Virus record (IMG/VR): IMGVR_UViG_3300020161_002221
Span: 1-36,839 of that record
Length of the DNA stretch: 36,839 nt
Origin: a virus
Taxonomy: Duplodnaviria > Caudoviricetes
Direction: 5' to 3' (one strand)
Positions 7,732-14,103 of the stretch are shown here, one piece after another. The notes beneath the pieces were generated by a model. The model made no database searches and was not told the origin of the DNA. It worked only from the letters and a program-made list of their open reading frames with translations. A program made the translations under genes and the position numbers. Numbering within the stretch: position 1 is the stretch's first letter; each line of letters opens with the position of its first letter.

Positions 7732-8088
7732 TTACTGAACGGACCGTCGCATGACAGCCGCTTCCATCTCTGCCCGAAAGTCTGGATCTTTCACGAGCAG
7801 ATCTGTGAGGTAGGTTTCGAGATCTTTGGGGTTCGTGTACAAGACGACCTTGGTCTTGATTCCAAGGAAGGCAATATTCATGCCCGTCAAGTACTCGGTC
7901 ACCCGTCGCTCAGCTTCCTGGAGTTTCTCCGGGTTGACCCAGAGAATTGGTACGAACCCTGTCAGTCCGTTTTCGGGGATCACAAAATGCGCGAACCCCA
8001 CCCCGACCTCGAAAGACCCCCCATCCGCGCTCAATTCATCGCAAATGGAGCCAACGTCTGCCCACACCATGTTAACTGTGTCGGTCAT
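7732..8088 (-). CDS. Hypothetical protein
   Basis: The ATG at 8088 gives proper spacing from ACAACGAGG (8095-8103). Confidence 0.75.
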   Translation of the reverse strand: MTDTVNMVWADVGSICDELSADGGSFEVGVGFAHFVIPENGLTGFVPILWVNPEKLQEAERRVTEYLTGMNIAFLGIKTKVVLYTNPKDLETYLTDLLVKDPDFRAEMEAAVMRRSVQ

Positions 8089-8118
8089 ATCCATCCTCGT
8101 TGTTTGTAGTGGCGCGCA

Positions 8119-8147
8119 ATGTTAGCACAAGGGGCCGCGCCACACCA
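8119..8147 (-). promoter_or_regulatory. Sigma70-like extended -10 promoter
   Basis: TGGTGT-17bp-TAACAT with TGC before the -10. Confidence 0.6.
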
Positions 8148-8159
8148 CCCCCTGTTGCC

Positions 8160-8339
8160 TCAAACGAACGTCTTGAGGTAGAGGCAGAACGCCGCCATCG
8201 CGACCGTTGCCAGTGTCGTGTTCAGTCGGCGGCGGAGCCGTTCTTGCCACCAAGTGAGCTTCTTACGGGTGACGTAGAACGTCCCGCCAAACCGGCCAAC
8301 ACGCCAAAACCACATACCGCCGTGCTTTTTGAGCTTCAT
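8160..8339 (-). CDS. Small basic protein with a hydrophobic C-terminus
   Basis: ATG at 8339 behind AGGAG. Reads MKLKKHGGMWFWRVGRFGG... Confidence 0.7.
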   Translation of the reverse strand: MKLKKHGGMWFWRVGRFGGTFYVTRKKLTWWQERLRRRLNTTLATVAMAAFCLYLKTFV

Positions 8340-8349
8340 TGATTTTCTC

Positions 8350-8643
8350 CTATTGAATGCCGTAGGAAACAGCGACGTCGAGATTGGATATACCGTGGCA
8401 TTCATAGAGGGAATGATCCCATTCACCTTCCATCAGATCGTGCGCCAACTTATCAACAGTGGCGTCGATTGAAACGCAGTAAGCGAAGGGGCTCGCAACC
8501 ATTACCCCATTGCGTTTGGTACCGCACCAGCGCCAACCAACGCTGATTACATTATCGCTACCCTTAAGTGCGAGCAGCATTGCGGCCATAGAGTGGCTGC
8601 TAAGCCCGCCCGGAAAGACCATGTTCACGGTTATGGTGTTCAT
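8350..8643 (-). CDS. Hypothetical protein
   Basis: 97 aa behind ACAACGAGG (8649-8657). Confidence 0.7.
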   Translation of the reverse strand: MNTITVNMVFPGGLSSHSMAAMLLALKGSDNVISVGWRWCGTKRNGVMVASPFAYCVSIDATVDKLAHDLMEGEWDHSLYECHGISNLDVAVSYGIQ

Positions 8644-8666
8644 ATTGTCCTCGTTGTGGTTAAAGT

Positions 8667-8689
8667 GGGGCGAGCCGAAGCCCGCCCCT
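8667..8689 (-). terminator. cUUCGg hairpin, identical to 9047-9069
   Basis: GGGGCGGGC-UUCG-GCUCGCCCC on the minus RNA. Confidence 0.65.
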
Positions 8690-8696
8690 GTTGCAT

Positions 8697-8975
8697 TTAC
8701 TTCTTCACGACGCCCTTGACGATCTCGCCATCGGCATTCAGGAAGAAGTCTCGACGGTCGAGCTTGGACGCCTTCATGTCGGGATTGCCCCAGTCGCTGA
8801 CGTTGCCGTAAGAGTCAATCTCAGCGACGAAGTAGATCTCAACCTTGCCGTTGAGGCGAGTCACCTCGTTGTGAAGCTCGACCCTACGATCAACGACCGT
8901 CTCGATGGTCCACCGGAATCCGGTGACACGCAGAACCGCCAAAGTCTCGGCGGTTTCTTTGCTGTACTTCTGCAT
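8697..8975 (-). CDS. Hypothetical protein (paralog of 2974-3270)
   Basis: ATG at 8975 behind GGAGAGAG. Shares motifs with 2974-3270. Confidence 0.85.
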   Translation of the reverse strand: MQKYSKETAETLAVLRVTGFRWTIETVVDRRVELHNEVTRLNGKVEIYFVAEIDSYGNVSDWGNPDMKASKLDRRDFFLNADGEIVKGVVKK

Positions 8976-9005
8976 GTTCTCTCTCCATGTTAACGATGGG
9001 AATAT

Positions 9006-9049
9006 CCCCACCCCTAAACGCACCATCATTGATGCGTTTAGGGGTGGGG
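9006..9049. repeat. Long inverted repeat, copy 3 of the conserved hairpin element
   Basis: CCCCACCCCTAAACGCA-(10 nt)-TGCGTTTAGGGGTGGGG, a perfect 17-bp stem. Confidence 0.9.
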
Positions 9050-9074
9050 GCGAGCCGAAGCCCGCCCCTCCGTT

Positions 9075-9620
9075 TCAGCCGCCGACCTGTTCGGCAATGT
9101 ACTGGTCAGCGTCGTCAAAAGCGAGGTCATTAGCCTCGCAATAGCGGAACGCCGCATCGGAAGCGGCTTCGTAGTTAGCCGCGACGAACACCTTGAGATA
9201 AACATGTTCGTACGAAGCAAAATTACCATCCACCGGTTCAATGTACTTACCGATGGAGAAGATGAAATGGTTGCCATCGTCCTCCGAAATGTCCTCTGAC
9301 GGATCGATCGGCTCGACGTAGAACGTCTGCTCGAAGATCTCGATTGAGTCCACGAAGACGTCGAAGCCGCGAAGATCCTTTGCCCGATCCACTGCCACGT
9401 ATGCCATCCGTGTGGTCACGGGAGGCTGTTCGACCGGTTCCTGAGGCCACGACAGGCCGAAGCCCATCACCTGCTCGTTGGCCTCCTGTCGGGCTGCGTG
9501 GCGCTCTGCCTTCGCGCTCCTCTTCTTGAGGAAGCGCGTGCAGTCATTGCTCATCTGGACGAAGCGACGCTCGCCCAGCAACGTATTAACGGTGCTTGCC
9601 GTCTTGCTCATGCGATTCAT
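9075..9620 (-). CDS. Hypothetical protein (basic N-terminus, acidic C-terminus)
   Basis: 181 aa behind AGGAGA. Confidence 0.8.
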   Translation of the reverse strand: MNRMSKTASTVNTLLGERRFVQMSNDCTRFLKKRSAKAERHAARQEANEQVMGFGLSWPQEPVEQPPVTTRMAYVAVDRAKDLRGFDVFVDSIEIFEQTFYVEPIDPSEDISEDDGNHFIFSIGKYIEPVDGNFASYEHVYLKVFVAANYEAASDAAFRYCEANDLAFDDADQYIAEQVGG

Positions 9621-9633
9621 TGTGTGTCTCCTA

Positions 9634-9792
9634 TTAACGAATTACGAAGTGGTGAAGAGTGGCTGCTTCCGTGCCGAACACCAGAGTGACCAGCCATAGC
9701 GCGTCCACCGTGCTGATCCAGCGACGGCGAGGCAACTGACGGAGGAAAGGCGGTCCGGAAACCGGCGTGTCATGATTGACGATGCTCATCAT
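9634..9792 (-). CDS. Possible small protein
   Basis: ATG at 9792 behind GAGAGAG, within a longer ORF. Confidence 0.35.
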   Translation of the reverse strand: MMSIVNHDTPVSGPPFLRQLPRRRWISTVDALWLVTLVFGTEAATLHHFVIR

Positions 9793-9859
9793 ATTATCTC
9801 TCTCTATCGACATATCCATACGGTCCCCCCGAACGTTCTCGTCGCGCGCGAGGGCCGCA

Positions 9860-10050
9860 TATAGAAGTGAGTATGGTTCGATAATATATAAGTATGGGTT
9901 AGGTATGGTATAATGCATCCCTCCCAATATATTTATATTTCAAGAAGATATTGCTTTTCTTTTTTATAATATGGGGTGCAAACCAACCATACCTCATGTC
10001 ACCTTACTATATCACTTGACGCCTCACCCATCTTCTGCTCTCATTGTCCC
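9860..10050. promoter_or_regulatory. AT-rich divergence region between the leftward and rightward arms
   Basis: Visibly AT-rich. Contains TGG-TATAAT at 9906-9914, TATAAT at 9965-9970, and TTGACG-17bp-TCTCAT at 10016-10044. Confidence 0.6.
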
Positions 10051-10299
10051 ATGACGCCGATTAATCATTATTCGTTAATGGTCCAGCCCGGCTCAACCCT
10101 TGAGAAGGATCTTTATGATGTTTATCAGGCGTCTTCTTCTGATTCAGAAATGCTGATTCATACCCTTGTCTCGGATGAATTTGAGCATATTCACGACACT
10201 GATTGTGCGTGCGCCCCATTCTATATCTATCTTCGCAAGCCGTATGTAACTTTCCCAGAGTTCTACCGAAAATTCCGGTGTTACGCGACCCAGAATTAG
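10051..10299 (+). CDS. Small hypothetical protein with an HxH...CxCxP motif
   Basis: ATG at 10051 (possibly leaderless). Contains HIHDTDCACAP. Confidence 0.55.
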   Translation: MTPINHYSLMVQPGSTLEKDLYDVYQASSSDSEMLIHTLVSDEFEHIHDTDCACAPFYIYLRKPYVTFPEFYRKFRCYATQN

Positions 10300-10351
10300 A
10301 TATTGTCTATTCGGTCCTTCTGTGTCACTTTACTTTTTTCGGAGGTCCAGT

Positions 10352-10540
10352 ATGGCTAGCATCAAGGCCGCTCGACAGGGCAAAGTTTCCCGTGTCATGG
10401 GAGAATTTAAGGATAGCTCCTTACGTTCTTCTTCGGGTTCCCGTGTCACGTCCCGCGCCCAGGCTGTCGCCATTGCGCTTTCCGAAGGCGACCGTGCCGC
10501 CAAACGCACTCGTTCTCGTAACGCGAAGAAGGGGAAGTAG
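10352..10540 (+). CDS. Small basic protein, DUF6496-like
   Basis: GGAGG RBS. KVSRVMGEFK..SLRSSSG..VTSRAQAVAIALSE matches the DUF6496 pattern as I recall it. Confidence 0.75.
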   Translation: MASIKAARQGKVSRVMGEFKDSSLRSSSGSRVTSRAQAVAIALSEGDRAAKRTRSRNAKKGK

Positions 10541-10543
10541 ATC

Positions 10544-10705
10544 ATGATGAACAAGGCCAAGGGTGGCGGCACCAAGAAACCCGCCATGGGCAAGAATTCG
10601 GCCCCAGCCAAGGGTGCGCCCGCCAAGGGTGCGCCCGCCAAGGGTGCGCCCGCCAAGGGCAAGCTTCCGTTTCCCGGCGCTGCCAAGCCTTTCGGCAAGA
10701 AGTGA
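10544..10705 (+). CDS. Small K/A/P/G-rich basic protein (histone H1-like composition), absent from the ORF track
   Basis: MMNKAKGGGTKKPAMGKNSAPAKGAPAKGAPAKGAPAKGKLPFPGAAKPFGKK*. It begins 3 nt after the previous stop, behind AAGGGG. Confidence 0.75.
   Translation: MMNKAKGGGTKKPAMGKNSAPAKGAPAKGAPAKGAPAKGKLPFPGAAKPFGKK
10607..10659. repeat. 15-bp tandem repeat (x3.5) encoding AKGAP
   Basis: GCCAAGGGTGCGCCC repeated. Confidence 0.95.
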
Positions 10706-10718
10706 GGTGCCAGTCACC

Positions 10719-10892
10719 ATGATGAGCGCTTATGGCGGGACTCGTCTCCCGCGCACCCCGACACGGATCAATCCTCCGCTAGCCCGACCGGCTGTGAACA
10801 CGTTCCAGCCAAAGAGCCCGGAAAATTCGATGGCTCATAAGGCCACCGGACCGAAGCAGTCGGTGCGCCATATCAAGGCCAAGGACGCCTAA
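10719..10892 (+). CDS. Small basic Pro-rich protein
   Basis: ATG at 10719 behind GAGG, 57 aa. Confidence 0.6.
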   Translation: MMSAYGGTRLPRTPTRINPPLARPAVNTFQPKSPENSMAHKATGPKQSVRHIKAKDA

Positions 10893-10904
10893 TAGGAGTT
10901 TAGC

Positions 10905-12467
10905 GTGTCTTTACACGAACAGGTCAGAGGTCGATTTTTGGCCTCTGACCATTCTTGGGTAGCCAACAACGTGCCCAAGATCTCGGGATTCAGTACAGAC
11001 CCCGATTTGATGTTCATGGTGGGCCAGAGTTTGGCCAATTCTGGACGCCCCGAAGCCGGAATTCCATATATTCGAAGATCTCTGGCGATCAATCCTTTGA
11101 TTGACGAGAGATGGTGTGTATTGTGCGATCATTTGGCCGAGAGCGGGTTCTCTCAGGAAGCCGAGAGAATTGCCACAGATCGGCTGCGATACACCAACTC
11201 CAGAGAATATTACTACATCATAGCCTATTGCTTGACCCTACGCAAGCAATATGAAGCTGCTGTTCTTTGGTACAAAGAATATCTTAAGAAAGATCCGCTT
11301 AACGTAACAGCTCTAAATAATCTTGGTAATTGTTATCGGTTCTTGGGCGATCCACATTCGGCTATCGAATATTATAAGGAAGTGGTAAGGCTCAAGCCTG
11401 ATCATGTTACCACGATGTGTAACCTCATCCCGGTGCTGATGGATATCGGACGAATTGAGGAAGCTAAAGTGGTCGGGGAGGTTGCGATGAAGAATCCGGC
11501 TTTCCTGATCGAAGGAGCATTCAATTATAGTCTGGTGCTGCTTGCCACGGGTGACTATCTGAACGGTTGGGCGTTGTACCAGCTACGCAATCGTATTCCT
11601 CAGTTCCAGGATTCAGTTCCGAAGATCAAAGGGGAGCGTTTGATCTCCATCGGAAAGGTGGTTGGTAAGCCGGTAACGGTGCACCATGAGCAAGGATATG
11701 GCGACACTCTCCATTTTTGCCGGTATCTTCCTTTCCTGGCCAAGATTGCCTCGGAAGTTCATGTAGTAGCGCCAAAGCCCTTGCATAGTTTACTTGAGTT
11801 ATTGCCTGGGATCAAATCGATAAACGATAGGAGAATGCAGGATACTCCTTACGAGTGCGCGATGCTCGATCTACCGTATTTGTTCCAGACGACGCTTAAT
11901 ACGATTCCCAACAATAATTATTTTGAAATCCCCAAGGACGTAGTAAAGAAGAGAAAGCTCAAGACTGCCAAGTCTAGCAAATTAAAAGTAGGGCTAGTGT
12001 GGGCGGGAGAGCGTAGGGCGTACGATCCCGTGCTGCTGCACACGGATATGCGACGATCCACTAAGTTGAGTCAATGGACCCCAATCTTGGAAGTCGAAGG
12101 GATCGATTTCTATTCGATGCAATACGGAACCCCCGCAGGAGAGGTTCTTGAGCTACCAGAACATCTCCAGCCGATCGATCTTAAGGGTCCAAATCCCGAT
12201 TTCTTGGACACCGCAGCAGGTATGGCCCAACTCGATCTGATGATCTCGGTGGATACTTCGTCCTGTCATTTATCGGCGGGAATGGGAATCCCCACCTGGG
12301 TGCTGTCACGTTTTGATTCGTGCTGGCGCTGGTTGCAAAATCAGCCCACAACTCGGTGGTATCCGTCCATGCGGATATTCGGTCAACAGAAGTGGGGAGA
12401 GTGGGACTCGGTTATGCAGGAAATTGCGGAAGAACTCAAGAAGTTGGTAACGAGCCGCAAATCCTGA
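10905..12467 (+). CDS. TPR-repeat plus GT-B (GT9-like) glycosyltransferase
   Basis: N-terminal TPRs (ALNNLGNCY...AIEYY). Later motifs are EQGYGDTLHFCRYLP, KVGLVWAG, DTAAGMAQLDLMISVDTSSCHLSAGMG and WRW...WYPSMRIF. AGGAG RBS. Confidence 0.85.
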   Translation: MSLHEQVRGRFLASDHSWVANNVPKISGFSTDPDLMFMVGQSLANSGRPEAGIPYIRRSLAINPLIDERWCVLCDHLAESGFSQEAERIATDRLRYTNSREYYYIIAYCLTLRKQYEAAVLWYKEYLKKDPLNVTALNNLGNCYRFLGDPHSAIEYYKEVVRLKPDHVTTMCNLIPVLMDIGRIEEAKVVGEVAMKNPAFLIEGAFNYSLVLLATGDYLNGWALYQLRNRIPQFQDSVPKIKGERLISIGKVVGKPVTVHHEQGYGDTLHFCRYLPFLAKIASEVHVVAPKPLHSLLELLPGIKSINDRRMQDTPYECAMLDLPYLFQTTLNTIPNNNYFEIPKDVVKKRKLKTAKSSKLKVGLVWAGERRAYDPVLLHTDMRRSTKLSQWTPILEVEGIDFYSMQYGTPAGEVLELPEHLQPIDLKGPNPDFLDTAAGMAQLDLMISVDTSSCHLSAGMGIPTWVLSRFDSCWRWLQNQPTTRWYPSMRIFGQQKWGEWDSVMQEIAEELKKLVTSRKS

Positions 12468-12873
12468 TCATCAGGGCTTCAATGTCCCAGGTCCCACCAA
12501 TCTTACGGACAGTCACTAAATCTGCAGGAGTGACCAAATCAGCCTTTGGATCGGTTCCGGCATAAAGTGACCACGACCGATCAGGATTCTTGATACATAG
12601 CGCCCATCCGGCGAAGCAATCGCAACGTTGCTGAGCCCTGATGAAATTGCGCTGAGCCACCGTCAAATCGGGCCGAATTGGAGTCTTCTCCATTTTCGGT
12701 CTGACTTCGTACTTTAATTCGATCCAAGCCGAGCGGCCCATCAGCGCAACGTTTAGATCGACTACCCCGCTGAAGAATTTGTCGGAGATTTTGACCGCAA
12801 ATCCCTTCCCAGAAGGATGATCTTTAAAGGTCTTAATCAACTCTGTCTGGAAATCGCGTTCTGAGTTTGCCAT
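12436..12873 (-). CDS. VRR-NUC / Holliday-junction-resolvase-like PD-(D/E)xK nuclease
   Basis: SERDFQ...GVVDL...WIELK...LTVAQ pattern. Confidence 0.75.
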   Translation of the reverse strand: MANSERDFQTELIKTFKDHPSGKGFAVKISDKFFSGVVDLNVALMGRSAWIELKYEVRPKMEKTPIRPDLTVAQRNFIRAQQRCDCFAGWALCIKNPDRSWSLYAGTDPKADLVTPADLVTVRKIGGTWDIEALMIRICGSLPTS

Positions 12874-12879
12874 ATGTCC

Positions 12880-12908
12880 ATCTTACCATACCCATGTTAG
12901 CATGACAA
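12880..12908 (-). promoter_or_regulatory. Promoter for the nuclease gene, probably giving a leaderless mRNA
   Basis: TTGTCA-17bp-TAAGAT with TGG extension. Only 6 nt separate the -10 from the ATG at 12873. Confidence 0.7.
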
Positions 12909-12932
12909 TCAGGATATACTCCCAACCGCGTG

Positions 12933-12961
12933 TTGTCAGTCTAGTTATGGTGTGGTAGGGT
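12933..12961 (+). promoter_or_regulatory. Promoter for the kinase-purZ operon
   Basis: TTGTCA-17bp-TAGGGT with TGG extension. Confidence 0.7.
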
Positions 12962-12987
12962 ATGTCTCCAGAGATAAGAGAGACCCA

Positions 12988-13536
12988 ATGAAGACTTTAC
13001 TAGGACTATTCGGCCCGCCGCGAGCCGGTAAAAATACAGTGATCAATTTGATCAATCAGATCACTGGCAATCAATGGGAAGCTCTCTCGATTTCGGCGGA
13101 GATCAAGAAGTATTCGCACCAGATCGTGCGGCACGAGTTCAAGGACAAAGAGAAGGACACCCCTCAGGAAATTCTCGGCGGCAAGACTCCCCGCGACCTC
13201 TATATTTATATCGGACAGCTGGATGAATTTCGTAACGACCTGTGGACTTCGCCCATTGCCGATTGGGTCTATAACGTGGACCATCCCAAGTTCGTCATCG
13301 AATCAGTGGGTAAGCAACATCAGTTCAATACGCTGCTTACCCGCAAGCCCTGCCCGCGCATCGTCCTGTGCGAAGTGCACCAGGAAGGCAAAGCCTACGA
13401 TTCGCGCGGACCGATTCAGGACACCCGTCCTATCTTCCGGATCGAAAATCCGGCGACAGTGGGGGCAGACCTTAGCCATCTCGTCCCTCAGATCGAACAG
13501 CTGTTAGAATGGGTAGAACAGCAGGACCCTCGCTAA
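12988..13536 (+). CDS. Deoxynucleoside monophosphate (dNMP) kinase
   Basis: N-terminal P-loop GPPRAGKNT. KDTP...LGGKTPRDL...IG resembles phage dNMP kinases. Start set to the ATG at 12988, downstream of the promoter. Confidence 0.75.
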   Translation: MKTLLGLFGPPRAGKNTVINLINQITGNQWEALSISAEIKKYSHQIVRHEFKDKEKDTPQEILGGKTPRDLYIYIGQLDEFRNDLWTSPIADWVYNVDHPKFVIESVGKQHQFNTLLTRKPCPRIVLCEVHQEGKAYDSRGPIQDTRPIFRIENPATVGADLSHLVPQIEQLLEWVEQQDPR

Positions 13537-13539
13537 ATC

Positions 13540-14103
13540 ATGCCTCTCCCCATCCGAATCCGCAAAACTGCGGACGGATACACGTTTCCACTGACTCTGG
13601 GATACAGAGTATTAGTGTGCGAACGAGCCCTGGAGATAGTGAGGGAGATCGCTTGGTACGTTTGCCTCAATAATAGAGGGGTCCCGTACGCCAGATCGAA
13701 AGTCTCGCCGCGCACTTTTGATGCAGTCAGGCAGAGACTTCCGCATAAAGGGGACACCTCGACGTTCCCGATGCATGTCTTTCTCAAACCTCCCCCCGAG
13801 GGATTAGTAATTCACCATGTTAATGGTTGCACACTCGATAACCGTCTGTGTAATCTTGAGATAGTGACGCAGACCCTCAATAACGCTGCACAGGCCAGTC
13901 GTGGAGGAACTTCCAAATACAAAGGAGTATCTCGGAGAGGCAATAAGTGGCTCGCTCAAATCCAGGTTAACGGCACCAAGTACAATCTTGGATCGTTCGT
14001 GGACGAAGCAGAAGCGGCAGCGGCGTATGACCGGGCGGCGATGCTTCGTTTTGGCCCATTGGCCGCGCTCAATTTGATGCAGGAGAGAGTTAATGCAGTC
14101 TAG
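13540..14103 (+). CDS. HNH-AP2 homing endonuclease
   Basis: HHVNGCTLDNRLCNL (HNH) followed by SKYKGVS...WLAQI...LGSF..EAEAAAAYDRAA...G..A.LN (AP2). Confidence 0.9.
   Translation: MPLPIRIRKTADGYTFPLTLGYRVLVCERALEIVREIAWYVCLNNRGVPYARSKVSPRTFDAVRQRLPHKGDTSTFPMHVFLKPPPEGLVIHHVNGCTLDNRLCNLEIVTQTLNNAAQASRGGTSKYKGVSRRGNKWLAQIQVNGTKYNLGSFVDEAEAAAAYDRAAMLRFGPLAALNLMQERVNAV

Noticed and set aside
1041-9069. Recurring hairpins as a CRISPR array or IS/MITE ends
   Set aside because: The repeats are not identical or regularly spaced, the intervening sequences are whole genes, and no cas or transposase gene is present.
10563-10718. RVRPP-repeat reading of the 15-bp repeat
   Set aside because: The alternative frame 10544-10705 has an ATG, an RBS and tight operon spacing.
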